From the NCBI RefSeq assembly GCF_001194135.2, contig NC_068989.1:2345952-2408785 (forward strand): a stretch of DNA of 62,834 nt, given 5' to 3'. Position 1 is the stretch's first letter; every line of letters starts with the position of its first letter. A model generated the notes under the pieces. It was not told where the DNA came from, made no database searches, and saw only the letters and a list, made by a program, of their open reading frames with translations. Of this stretch, positions 11,202 through 24,355 are shown in pieces. This DNA is from Octopus bimaculoides. Its lineage: Eukaryota. A program made the translations under genes and the position numbers.

Positions 11202-11632
11202 NNNNNNNNNNNNNNNNNNNNNNNNNNNNNNNNNNNNNNNNNNNNNNNNNNNNNNNNNNNNNNNNNNNNNNNNNNNNNNNNNNNNNNNNNNNNNNNNNNN
11301 NNNNNNNNNNNNNNNNNNNNNNNNNNNNNNNNNNNNNNNNNNNNNNNNNNNNNNNNNNNNNNNNNNNNNNNNNNNNNNNNNNNNNNNNNNNNNNNNNNNN
11401 NNNNNNNNNNNNNNNNNNNNNNNNNNNNNNNNNNNNNNNNNNNNNNNNNNNNNNNNNNNNNNNNNNNNNNNNNNNNNNNNNNNNNNNNNNNNNNNNNNNN
11501 NNNNNNNNNNNNNNNNNNNNNNNNNNNNNNNNNNNNNNNNNNNNNNNNNNNNNNNNNNNNNNNNNNNNNNNNNNNNNNNNNNNNNNNNNNNNNNNNNNNN
11601 NNNNNNNNNNNNNNNNNNNNNNNNNNNNNNNN

Positions 11633-11689
<57 letters not shown>

Positions 11690-12098
11690 TGGTGCTTGAT
11701 TGTATTCTAGTTTGTGTTTCATGTGTTTGATAAGTATTCCAATATTCGCCATTTCCGAAACATCATGTAGCATTTATCTATCACAAATTCCCTTCCGGCA
11801 ATTGTTCCCACAGGAACCAGAAATAGGAATTACGTTCTTACCAAATCAAAGTTCTTAAGTTCTAAAACATTTCGTTTTAATAAGCCCCAGCTTTTGATAA
11901 CGGATCCTGAACTCAGCTGAACGAGAGAACAGGCTTATTGCAGATCAAAGTATTCCGATGGCATCTCTACAAATAGACGCACGTTACAACAATGTAAGCC
12001 AACGATATCGCCATACCTCTCTCAGCACTGTTATTACTCCGACATGACAAATGTCCCGATATCATCTTCCATAAAATTCCACCATCGTCGTCGTCGGT

Positions 12099-12099
<1 letters not shown>

Positions 12100-12159
<60 letters not shown>

Positions 12160-12186
12160 GCATCAACATCATCATCATCATCATCA
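12100..12186. repeat. (CAT)n microsatellite
   Basis: Directly visible; explains the poly-His ORF. Confidence 0.95.
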
Positions 12187-12389
12187 TTATTGCCATCATA
12201 ATTATCATGAAACGAGTAAACATGAATACTTTTACGCAGTCAGCCGACGTGTTTGAATAGGAAACAAATAAGTCCGTGTAGCGCAGTATTGGGCCACTAT
12301 TTATAGATGGGCATGGTTGGAAAGCCTTTGAATATGCTTCTTCTAGGTCGGGGCTGCGCTGGAATTTAAAATTTCCACCACTGGCATTT

Positions 12390-12516
12390 TATCTACTACT
12401 ACTAGCCCATCACCACCACCACAACTACTACTATTACAACTGCTGCTGCTACGACCACTGCTGCTACTACTATCTACACCACTTGTATGCTGCTGTTGCT
12501 GGTGCTGCTACTACTG

Positions 12517-12580
<64 letters not shown>
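12390..12580. repeat. Compound (CTA)n/(CAC)n/(CTG)n microsatellite
   Basis: Directly visible. Confidence 0.93.
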
Positions 12581-12805
12581 AGCCATCATAAAATATATTA
12601 TCACTGCTATCACATAGTTGCTTGCAATGACGGCTAATTCTTTCGTGGCAACCGAGAGCCTTCACTCGACATGCTATAAAAAGCAGCCAAGGTAGCCTAA
12701 ACGCCCCCCCCCATCCGAGCTAATGAAAAGGCTTTCGATCATACCGTTTCTCGTTCAGGACTGACCGGGAGTTAAACTATAAATACAACAACAACAATAA
12801 TAAAC

Positions 12806-13017
12806 CTTTCTACTTTAGCCACAAGGCCTGAAATTTAGGGGCTGGAGACTAGTCGATCACATCGACACTAGTGCTCAACTGGTACTTAATTTATCGACCC
12901 CGAAAGGATGAAAGGCAACGTCGACCCCAGTGGAATTTGAACTCACAACGTAGCAAAGGCGAAATGCCGCTAAACATATCGTCCATCATGCTAACAATTC
13001 TGCCTGCTCGCTGCCTT
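12806..13017 (-). mobile_element. SINE family A, full length, tail 1
   Basis: Diverged reverse-complement match to family A. Confidence 0.85.
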
Positions 13018-13083
13018 TTGCTATAATAAATTCACATTTGTTCATAAAGTTGCTACTGAGTACTTCCAACGTATTAGTTGATT

Positions 13084-13185
13084 CGGGGTGACAGTAGAAA
13101 ATACTTGCTCAAGATGCCACTCAACAGCCCTGAACCCGGAACCAAATGGCTGCAAAGCAAGCTTCTTACATTCACAGCGATGCCC
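13084..13185 (-). mobile_element. SINE family B head fragment
   Basis: Reverse complement GGGCATCGCTGTG..AAGAAGCTTGCTT..GGTTCCGGGTTCAG..TGGCATCTTGAGCAAG, as at 16706 and 55364. Confidence 0.7.
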
Positions 13186-13525
13186 CTACGCTCAGAGCCT
13201 GCATTTTTTAAGAGCCTGTCTCTACTGTTTATTATGGATTTGAAATTGGAAAGTCCACTGAAATCATTTTCTCTCTAATTTTAGCCTAGTGTAGTAGAAT
13301 TCACAAATATTAAACTTGTATCAGAATAATGTTTTATCTTATTTATGTTGTGCATTGATCCTGTGTATGTCGTCACTGAATCGTTAAAAATAACGAATGC
13401 CTTTCCTTCCTGACTAAAAGAACGAAGCATTTCTTATTTTAAAAATATTCATCTCATACACGTCCCTTAAACCGTCAAAATCTATCACTAACAGTTTTGA
13501 AATTCTGAATCATATTAATGATAAT

Positions 13526-13745
13526 GGTAAGCCGGTAGAATCGTTAGAATGCCGAGCAAAATGTTTTGGGGCATTTCGTCTGTCTTAACGCTCTGAGTTC
13601 AAATTCAGCCGTGGTCGACTTTGACTTTCATCCTTTCAGGTTCGATACAATCTGAAAGGATGAAAGGATGAATACGTCGATGTGTAATCAACTTATCTCC
13701 TCCCTCGACACTGCTGGCTTTGTGCCAAAATTTGAAATTAATATT
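13526..13745 (+). mobile_element. SINE family A, diverged
   Basis: AGAATCGTTAG..GAGTTCAAATTC..GGTCGACTTTG..CATCCTTTC..TTGTGCCAAAATTTGAAA. Confidence 0.75.
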
Positions 13746-13827
13746 AGTGATAATGGCATTCACTTCAATGATTGAAATCATTGTGAAACACTGGAAACAA
13801 TCTTTTAAAATTATATATGGTGTCCAC

Positions 13828-13900
13828 CAGTGGTTCCCAACCTGGGGTCCGCAAACCCCTGGTGGTCCGCAAAGGTAGTACTGCGGGTCCGTGAGCTAAA
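13828..13900. mobile_element. hAT-like (Charlie/SPIN-type) terminal fragment
   Basis: Starts CAGTGGTTCCCAACCTGGGGTCCGC, resembling hAT terminal inverted repeats; the partner end was not found. Confidence 0.45.
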
Positions 13901-13925
13901 TTCAAAATTTCATATGTATGTGTAT

Positions 13926-14049
<124 letters not shown>

Positions 14050-14149
14050 CTTAAATAGAGATTCCATTGACAATCCAATAATTTATTTATATAACATAAT
14101 ATACTATGAATATAAAATAATATGAGATAACATAAAAAAAACAATAACC

Positions 14150-14231
14150 ACTCACAACGTCCGGTGTGGGAATCGAAACCGCGATCATATGATCGCGAGT
14201 TCGCTGCCTCAACCAATGGGTCATTGCGCCT
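14150..14231 (-). mobile_element. tRNA-like head of a further SINE family (not a functional tRNA)
   Basis: Minus strand GGCGCAATGACCCATTGGTTGAGGCAGCGAACTCGCGATCATATGATCGCGGTTTCGATTCCCACACCGGACG: A-box-like and B-box (GTTTCGATTCC) present, but no closed acceptor stem. Confidence 0.6.
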
Positions 14232-14834
14232 CTGCGTGTAGAGAAGTAGATAAGCATGTATGGAACAATGTGGTTATATTGAAGCAACCAACCAACGTGT
14301 ATCTTTTCCAATCTCACAGATAAATACAAATTGTCGTATCACTTTACCTAATTATATAAATTTATCAACATATGATTAGTTCTATTGTTTTCAGGGGAAA
14401 AAAATTATCACTCCACTCATTGATTCGATTTGTCACGTCGTCTCAATTAAACATTCGTCCAATATACAATTGTACACGTTGTTAACATCAAAGTCATTGC
14501 AGTGTATGTTACTGTAGAATGAAACCGATTACTGCAGTGCTGTACCAGACACTGTCTTCTAAGCGACCATATTCGTCTACGTGACCATCATTCTTTTATC
14601 TCGGGTATAAATCCTGTTATTCCATTGTACCTCACAGCATTGAATTCTTTGGCGCTTAATTGCATTTCAGAGCAAAACAAAAAAAAAAAGAAGAAATAAA
14701 GAAGAAAAACAACGAACGAATCAGTCACTCGCTCTCTGAATGCCTGCTTCTTTCAGTATGTATGCGAGTGAGAGAGACTGATTGTGCGATATACATACAT
14801 CTGAGAGAATATATTTAAATGAACACACACTCTC

Positions 14835-14891
<57 letters not shown>

Positions 14892-15920
14892 NNNNNNNNN
14901 NNNNNNNNNNNNNNNNNNNNNNNNNNNNNNNNNNNNNNNNNNNNNNNNNNNNNNNNNNNNNNNNNNNNNNNNNNNNNNNNNNNNNNNNNNNNNNNNNNNN
15001 NNNNNNNNNNNNNNNNNNNNNNNNNNNNNNNNNNNNNNNNNNNNNNNNNNNNNNNNNNNNNNNNNNNNNNNNNNNNNNNNNNNNNNNNNNNNNNNNNNNN
15101 NNNNNNNNNNNNNNNNNNNNNNNNNNNNNNNNNNNNNNNNNNNNNNNNNNNNNNNNNNNNNNNNNNNNNNNNNNNNNNNNNNNNNNNNNNNNNNNNNNNN
15201 NNNNNNNNNNNNNNNNNNNNNNNNNNNNNNNNNNNNNNNNNNNNNNNNNNNNNNNNNNNNNNNNNNNNNNNNNNNNNNNNNNNNNNNNNNNNNNNNNNNN
15301 NNNNNNNNNNNNNNNNNNNNNNNNNNNNNNNNNNNNNNNNNNNNNNNNNNNNNNNNNNNNNNNNNNNNNNNNNNNNNNNNNNNNNNNNNNNNNNNNNNNN
15401 NNNNNNNNNNNNNNNNNNNNNNNNNNNNNNNNNNNNNNNNNNNNNNNNNNNNNNNNNNNNNNNNNNNNNNNNNNNNNNNNNNNNNNNNNNNNNNNNNNNN
15501 NNNNNNNNNNNNNNNNNNNNNNNNNNNNNNNNNNNNNNNNNNNNNNNNNNNNNNNNNNNNNNNNNNNNNNNNNNNNNNNNNNNNNNNNNNNNNNNNNNNN
15601 NNNNNNNNNNNNNNNNNNNNNNNNNNNNNNNNNNNNNNNNNNNNNNNNNNNNNNNNNNNNNNNNNNNNNNNNNNNNNNNNNNNNNNNNNNNNNNNNNNNN
15701 NNNNNNNNNNNNNNNNNNNNNNNNNNNNNNNNNNNNNNNNNNNNNNNNNNNNNNNNNNNNNNNNNNNNNNNNNNNNNNNNNNNNNNNNNNNNNNNNNNNN
15801 NNNNNNNNNNNNNNNNNNNNNNNNNNNNNNNNNNNNNNNNNNNNNNNNNNNNNNNNNNNNNNNNNNNNNNNNNNNNNNNNNNGTAAGTATGTATCTCTTT
15901 ATTTCTCACTTTATATCCAC

Positions 15921-15972
<52 letters not shown>

Positions 15973-16600
15973 ATATATATATATATATATACACGCACAC
16001 GCACGCACATATATATATACACTCACGCAGGCTCACACACACGCGCAAGCACACACACATGTAAACATAATCTTCATATATATACATATATAATCATCTT
16101 TACTGGAGGACTTATGTGAGGCATCGTATACTGAGATATGTTATCTGAATAATAGTAATTTTAAAATTACGATGCACTAACATCTAAACGAAGCCGTATT
16201 CCTCTTCATATCACCGCAAGCTGTTGTTGAAATATTTCATGTTGTTGCTTGTATTTGTTGTAAGAAATGTCGATGTTGTTGTTACAATTTCAATGCTTAA
16301 GTCGTTATTGTATCACGGTTTTCTTCTTATTGTAGTTGTCATTTATGCTGTTTCATTACATAGTTACCTGCAGTAATATAAACTTCCTCACTTTCCCGAT
16401 CGGATATTTTCATGTACTTCAGTTGAGCTGTTTCAAAGATCATGTACAAATATTTATTTCTGACTCGGGAATGAGGTCTCAACTGTTTTCATTTCATTAA
16501 CACCAGGATTCGATTGTCATTCTATTTTATCATTTCTAGATGAGAATGATAAAGTGAACCCATTCTCTTTTGTGTGTAATATCGAATGAGTGTGTGTGTG

Positions 16601-16644
<44 letters not shown>

Positions 16645-16705
16645 TGTGGTATGTTCTTTGCGTACTTGGGAATTGTTCACTTGTGAACTGCCAAATAGGT
16701 ATGTA

Positions 16706-16832
16706 GGCGTGGCTGTGTGATTAGAAATTTGCATCCCAACCACTTGGTTCCGGGTTCAGTCTCACTTCATAGCAACTTGGACAAGTGCTTACTACAATAT
16801 CCCAATATCTTGGACAAGTGCTTACTACAATA
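16706..16832 (+). mobile_element. SINE family B head with 33-bp internal tandem duplication
   Basis: GGCGTGGCTGTGTG..GGTTCCGGGTTCAGTC..; CTTGGACAAGTGCTTACTACAATAT occurs twice. Confidence 0.8.
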
Positions 16833-17475
16833 TATATGTGTGTGTGTGTGTGTGTGTGTATGTATATATTGTTATATTTGGGGATGGTCACATTTTCGCC
16901 AATCAACCACACGCACTATAAACTTGTTCGTCACATCAACTTGATCATTATTCCTATTTTAGTGTCCTTTGTCTTAAATCTTTTCTCACAAAGCTTGTAA
17001 CCTCTTCAGTGACTCTCAATCCCGCTGAATATGACCACCCCTGTAAGTATATATACATATATATATATATACATATANNNNNNNNNNNNNNNNNNNNNNN
17101 NNNNNNNNNNNNNNNNNNNNNNNNNNNNNNNNNNNNNNNNNNNNNNNNNNNNNNNNNNNNNNNNNNNNNNNNNNNNNNNNNNNNNNNNNNNNNNNNNNNN
17201 NNNNNNNNNNNNNNNNNNNNNNNNNNNNNNNNNNNNNNNNNNNNNNNNNNNNNNNNNNNNNNNNNNNNNNNNNNNNNNNNNNNNNNNNNNNNNNNNNNNN
17301 NNNNNNNNNNNNNNNNNNNNNNNNNNNNNNNNNNNNNNNNNNNNNNNNNNNNNNNNNNNNNNNNNNNNNNNNNNNNNNNNNNNNNNNNNNNNNNNNNNNN
17401 NNNNNNNNNNNNNNNNNNNNNNNNNNNNNNNNNNNNNNNNNNNNNNNNNNNNNNNNNNNNNNNNNNNNNNNNNNN

Positions 17476-17520
<45 letters not shown>

Positions 17521-18667
17521 ACACATCTCAAAAGGGTCAAATATCCTGCTCGTGCCATCGGCTCATGAGCCCAGTCACGGATTTTCCTATAATTAGCATT
17601 TTTCTTAATATTACTCGCGGAAAACTTTGGGAGCTCTTACGGAAGCCTACGTTTCGGCAGCAACTTGGCTAACAGACGTTGCAGCAAACTATCTCAATGA
17701 ACTGAGAATATTGTAAGTTGACAATAAATCGTCCTGGAAGTCTGTAAGAAAATAAAAGTCTAAGAAAATAAAAGTCTGAAGAAAATTATTAACATCAGGT
17801 AAATGAAATGATAGGAAAATAAAAATGATACGGATGGGAATGGATCTTGTATCTGGAGACAATTAATGAAAATAAACGATTTATTTATGTTACTATTTAT
17901 GTTATCAGCGAACTTTGTTTTAGTCTAAAAGACTTTGTAGGGATTTGTGTGTGCAAGCTGGAAACAGTAGGATTGCTGTGTGACTATATACATCACGAAC
18001 ATGACTGACATCGAAATATATGCGGGCGATGGAATGAATTTATAAGTATAGGTGTGCGAGTGTATGTTTGGGAGTGTGCGAGTATGTGTAAATGTGTGTG
18101 GGCGAATGTACGTGAATGTGTGTGGATGTGCAGGTGTTTGTGAATGTGTGCAAGTGTGTGTATATATATGCGTGCTTGTCTTGCATTCACTAATATATGT
18201 ATACCAAGCTGCCATATTTATATATATAGCGAAGCATAGAAACACAAACTGACAGCCATATGCAATGCCATAACTGCAAACATGTATATATACACACACA
18301 CAAACAAACGCACACACGCAAACACACAGACGTACACACCCACACACACACATATTTACAGACACTCATGTATGGGAACATTTATAAACCTTTGCATATA
18401 GATGCATAGGTGCATAAGCACTTACAATCATGCGTGAATCCGTCCATACATAGACACATACGCGCATGCATGTAATGAATGCGGGGGCATTTAAGTGTAT
18501 ACGGATGTAGAACTATGTTTAATCATGTATACCTCTATGGATATTAGATAGATCAATAGATAGACAGAGAAAAAGAGACAAAGAGAGAGAGAGAGAGAGC
18601 GATAAAGAGGGAGGTAGCTATATAGATAGATAAATAAGAGAGGAGGCAGATAGATAGATAGATAGAT

Positions 18668-18760
<93 letters not shown>

Positions 18761-18761
18761 C

Positions 18762-18798
<37 letters not shown>

Positions 18799-19456
18799 TA
18801 ATGGGCAGAAAGGTGTATATTTCTTCTCACATCTGTAGATCCATATGGTTGCATGCATATATGATGTATTCATGAATTCATTTATATGTAAATAACAACG
18901 TGGTCCATATTCCAATGAATTAGCTTTATTCTGCTTCTAAATTAGAGAAATCCACAGGATGAAAATCGTTCGGAGAAAGCATACATAAATTAATCGCTGC
19001 GAACATGCACACTGATAAATAAACGTAAATGCGTGCATAATAGATACTATTTAAATGCATATCCATAGATGCAAGAATGCATGACGGTATTGAATATGTG
19101 CATATGCGAAAACGAAGGTGCTGCTGTATAAATTCGAATAAAAGACAATTGTCTTCCTTCCAGTAGGAGGAATTTTGAAAGAAAAATTTCAATGAAGAAC
19201 ATCCATATATATATATATATATATATATACATCGGACATAATATGCGATAAAGAATATTTGAGATTCTAATTATTTCTGTAAAGGATTACGATGGGTGTC
19301 TGATCTCCAACAGGGTTTATACATGAGGTATCTGTTGGTGTAGCATATGTGGAGTTCACAAGTCTGCATACCTATTAAAATATGCTAATACGTCGTATAA
19401 TTTGTAATTGCATTTCACTGTCTTTGTCCTATGCACTACAAGATGCATGTAAGTAA

Positions 19457-19494
<38 letters not shown>

Positions 19495-19672
19495 TCTCTC
19501 TCTTTCCCCTCGCCCTCCCTACCTCTCTCTCTCTCACACACACACATACATGTATGTATATATATAGAATTATTATACATCTACATATATTATGCATAAA
19601 TACTTGTATATAGTGGTTACGTATTCATATGCACATAAACATATATGCATGTGTGTATATGTGTATACTTAA

Positions 19673-19707
<35 letters not shown>

Positions 19708-21583
19708 NNNNNNNNNNNNNNNNNNNNNNNNNNNNNNNNNNNNNNNNNNNNNNNNNNNNNNNNNNNNNNNNNNNNNNNNNNNNNNNNNNNNNNNNNNNNN
19801 NNNNNNNNNNNNNNNNNNNNNNNNNNNNNNNNNNNNNNNNNNNNNNNNNNNNNNNNNNNNNNNNNNNNNNNNNNNNNTATATATATATATATATATATAT
19901 GTAAATATCAGTATACATGTACTGTGTGTGTTTGTGTTCTCACTTTATAAGTTTTTTATTTTTACAAGGAAAAACGTGGCCGTGATTTCGAAGAATTGTT
20001 TGCTCGAATAAATAGATACTCAACCAAAAGAGATTGAGTAATCATCCGTTTTAATATTAAATTGTTTTTATATAAAACTTCACATAAAAACAAACGTTAA
20101 TACAAACGCACAGACAGAGCAATAGAGACACTGATGTAAATATAGATATACAAAGCTACTCATATCTGATTCTAGCTAAAGCTAACGTTCTGCCTCTTCT
20201 CTCTATTCCTTCATTATAGGAGGTTATTAAAGATTATTTCTGGTTAGATATATGACTGATGAAACTAACAGGGGTCATACGCATCATTCGCTGAAGATAC
20301 ATGGCCACTAAACGCAAATATTGGAACGTTTGTTTATATATAATTTGATTCATATGGCGAAAATTGTATGTAACTGTTTTCAATAGATTCTAGTATATTT
20401 TCAACTCACCAAACAACTAGTCACCCCATCTTGAACGCAGGTATTGAAACACTAACATTTAGCAGCTGAATGATTGAATGGCTAAGGTTCACAAGATTAC
20501 CTACCATCTTTGAAAGGAAAATTTTGACCGCTTTTTTTAATCTATTTATTTTGGAATTCGGTAACTTTTCCAACTAGGATATACTTATAAACTGTTTTAA
20601 AACATAACTTCTGAAAATGTTATTTCAGAATTGTTGAAGCAAGGACCAATGAGCGCATTGCATCTTACAACATAAGCAGCTGTAACCTAATGAAGTTCAA
20701 GGCATAATTTCATATTCCCTTCCCATTTTAATCTCTTACACACACACACACATATATATAAATGCTTATATTTGTTCATGGACATAAATGCCTTGAGTAT
20801 TTGTGCGTGTGCTCTTGAGTGCAAGTGTGTATGTGTGTTTCAGAAAATCTGATATCAGATGTGATCGTCTTCAACTTAATACGTTACGGCGAGATTTGTC
20901 TTTTCCCCTGTTTTGATTTTTCGCTTTTTTATCTCATCATTCCATCTCTTTCCATATTCCTGTCTGATTACTTTTATTCAGTCTTTTGTTGTTTTATTCG
21001 TTGGAAATTGCAACTTACGTATCTCTAATTAAGTTTCATGTTTCCAATCGTAAATTTCCTATAGAATAAATACTCACGCTCGTAAACCGAGGCACGTGCA
21101 CGAGCAGACGCGCACGTGCGTGGGTCATTAGAGATCCGTATGCACTTTACTTGGGCGGTATTTAATTAAAACCCAGATGACTTAAACGTTTCTATAAGTT
21201 TCTAATGCAAATCATTCTGAACGTAATAAAACACCTGATAACTGAATACTGCAGTGTATTGTGACCTAGGTTTCACAGATTTTGCTATAAATGAGAGAAT
21301 CCTAATAAAGATACCGGCCCCCCCCCCCAAAAAAAAAGAACATACAAAACACATTGAATAGTGATAGAGATTGGTTGTTAAATCAGACAATAAGATGTGT
21401 GGAAATCGGTAATTGTTATCTCAAAAGCGCATCTCTCATTACAGCCATTCTCGCTGCCTTCTATCTCACGGCATGTCATTTCTAAAATACGATACCAATT
21501 ATTTGTTAACTATCGTAGTTCAGTAGGATCAATGCAACGTCTTTGACTGCCTCTGACAGCAGTCTGGTATTATACTTTCTCAA

Positions 21584-21646
<63 letters not shown>

Positions 21647-21827
21647 TAATACGTTTGTATATGTTCGTAAGAATGTATTCTGAAAAACGTAATTAGAATA
21701 CAATCATACATATATACATATGCTTTATATGCCCATATACGCGAGATAAAGTACTTAAACTAGATGCTAAAAGCAATATATAAATTGGGTCTGCCTGTAT
21801 ATATGTACACATATACATTTATATGTG

Positions 21828-21861
<34 letters not shown>

Positions 21862-22236
21862 NNNNNNNNNNNNNNNNNNNNNNNNNNNNNNNNNNNNNNN
21901 NNNNNNNNNNNNNNNNNNNNNNNNNNNNNNNNNNNNNNNNNNNNNNNNNNNNNNNNNNNNNNNNNNNNNNNNNNNNNNNNNNNNNNNNNNNNNNNNNNNN
22001 NNNNNNNNNNNNNNNNNNNNNNNNNNNNNNNNNNNNNNNNNNNNNNNNNNNNNNNNNNNNNNNNNNNNNNNNNNNNNNNNNNNNNNNNNNNNNNNNNNNN
22101 NNNNNNNNNNNNNNNNNNNNNNNNNNNNNNNNNNNNNNNNNNNNNNNNNNNNNNNNNNNNNNNNNNNNNNNNNNNNNNNNNNNNNNNNNNNNNNNNNNNN
22201 NNNNNNNNNNNNNNNNNNNNNNNNNNNNNNNNNNNN

Positions 22237-22280
<44 letters not shown>

Positions 22281-23019
22281 TACAGACAGATAGATCGATC
22301 GATCGACAGATAGATAGACCGATAGATCGATAGATAGACAGATAGATAGATAGATAATTTTGTACCTTGTTTTGGAGACATATTTCAATTAATGTTATTT
22401 GTGTGTAGAATTCACCATGTGAATTGCATTTTTGATGTGTATTTTGGGCGTTTAACCGAAACATCTCGTCTTACTATTTGACAGCAGATAAAACTGTTTA
22501 TTCATCGAATTAATGCCATGATTGCTTCCGCAGTTTATCATTCGCTGGGTCTTTCAATCAACATCTACAATTTCTCTTAGACTAATTTAAATTGACAGAC
22601 GTACAGCTCTTCTTCAAAACACGCTTTGGTTATTTCGTTGTTGTTGCTGACACAGGAAATCTTCGATCTGGCAGAGATGTTGATAAAAGTATTCCGAACC
22701 TAGAACATTCGGTTTTTCGATTCTTACACAAAATATCAAGAACTACATTATGGAATGTATTAAGTAAATGGAGTGCTGTTATGAATGACATTTGGCTGCT
22801 AATTTCAGAGAGGAGGCCGAGAATTGGCATAGAATCTTTCTGGCTTTTTCGTGAGCTCATGGTGCTTTGTGCTGGTTTTGTAGTTGTTCTTTAACGCTAG
22901 ATTGAAAAGAATAATAATAACAATGACAGCTGTTCAGCAACTAACAGCACTAGCTCTATTTATTTTAGTCAGTGTTTGACTGAGAATATACATTGAGCCG
23001 TATATCTGGTAAACTAGTC

Positions 23020-23225
23020 AACGTGAGAGTCTCTATCTGGCCACTTGGCCTGTTAAATATAGCAGTCAGTCTCATTTTACCGTTTTAGAAAAAGACACAT
23101 TTGATATGTTCTTACGCTTCCCGGAAATGTCAAATATCTTGTATAGTTACTACAAGGATACTTTCGTCCGCTCAACCAGGTTTGATCTGGTCGTCAATCA
23201 TGCTAAAGGAAGCGACTACAACACA
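23020..23225 (+). mobile_element. Old degenerate SINE-like repeat (further fragments near 4480-4540, 6610-6700, 7140-7200, 12640-12800, 44860-44930)
   Basis: Fragments share a recurring motif approximating TAGCAGCCAAATCTCCCTCAAATCACACCCTAC; heavily diverged, boundaries approximate. Confidence 0.4.
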
Positions 23226-23581
23226 CATCTCTAATTTCTTACTCAGGCTTCCAACCACTTTGTCCTGAAGTGGCTGGCTGAATTCTCCCCTAGTTCTTAT
23301 TCACCTGGAGTCTTGACCAAGAGTAATATAACCGGTCCGTCCTTCTTGCTCCCCTCAATGCTGTCGGATCGCTTAGATCTCCGTCTCTAGGTGCCGAGCC
23401 GCATAACCACCGACTTGTCCTGATAAATGTGCGCTCTTGTTACCGCTTTTTATCCGCTCACAGAATACTGTTCACTTTGATATGTTTTGTGTCCGACATT
23501 TTAATGGTTATGTCGTCTGCCTACTTTGTCACAGTTATTTCTCATCCTAATTTATACAAGATTCACCGCGAAAACTTTAAC

Positions 23582-23795
23582 TTCATTAGTAATACATTAT
23601 TTACATTTGATGGATATTTGTCCTCATCTTGTTTGTTGTTAACACAACGTTTCGGTTGATTTACCCCCCCCCCAGCCTTCATCAGGTGTGTTAACGTTGT
23701 GTTAACAACAAACAAGATGAGGACAAATATCCATCAAATGTAAATAATGTACATAATTCCTCATCTCTTAAATATAGAACTGTTTCATTAGTAAT
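23582..23795. mobile_element. Penelope-like element terminal fragments in inverted arrangement with 12-bp target-site duplication
   Basis: TTCATTAGTAAT at 23582-23593 and 23784-23795; perfect 58-bp inverted arms 23594-23651 and 23693-23750; hammerhead core in the spacer. Confidence 0.8.
23641..23690 (-). ncRNA. Minimal type I hammerhead ribozyme motif
   Basis: Minus strand CACAC-CTGATGA-A-GGCTG(G9 TAAAT)CAACC-GAAAC-GTT-GTGTT: canonical CUGAUGA and GAAA, stem II with one mismatch, palindromic AACGTT helix III, helix I ACAC/GTGT. Activity untested. Confidence 0.75.
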
Positions 23796-23879
23796 GTCTC
23801 GAACACATCACATACAGAAGGAGCAAGGTGGCCTTGCACGGAATGCATGGAAGTGAACGGTTCGGATACTTGGCCACTC

Positions 23880-24140
23880 ACACCAGGTTCTTCAACCAAA
23901 TTTTCCAAGGTGTATCACGTGACGTGCAGGTTCTCCTGTATACACCTGTCAGGGTATCGATGACAAGCACCAGTCTCTTAGCTAATAATATGTCCCAAAT
24001 TTTTAAGTCTGCATTTAACATGTTTACGAGTCTAGAGCTGTTAAAATCATTCCCGTTCTGCTGCCATTTGCGATTGACATCTTTCAAGGCCGCCACCAAA
24101 CTTCTTGGAAGCATCATCCAGACCCGATGACATCTCCAGC
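23880..24140 (-). mobile_element. Degenerate L1/Tx1-type reverse transcriptase fragment
   Basis: SGLDD / KDVNRKWQQNG / RLVNMLNADLKIWDILLAKRLVLVIDTL resembles the KSPGLDG...WQQNG...RPITLLN.D.KI...LAKRL RT N-terminal motifs, with deletions. Confidence 0.55.
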
Positions 24141-24261
24141 ATCAAGTTAGAAATTCACCCATCTCGTAGACTTTTTAATAAAAAGTTACCTTGTATATAG
24201 AAATATGCATATCATCATCATCATCATCATCAATTTACGCTGGCTGTCCATGTGTGAATAT

Positions 24262-24355
24262 GTGTGTGTGTCTGTTTTTGTCCCGCACCACCGTTTGACA
24301 ACCGGTGTTGGTGTGTTTATACCTAAATAACCTAGCGGTTCGGCAAATAGATATA
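24262..24355 (+). mobile_element. SINE family B internal fragment
   Basis: TGTCCCGCACCACCGTTTGACAACCGGTGTTGGTGTGTTT..TAACCTAGCGGTTCGGCAAA. Confidence 0.7.

Noticed and set aside
17645-17685. Minus-strand GCCGAAACGTA, resembling a hammerhead 3' half
   Set aside because: No CUGANGA core or helix I complement upstream.
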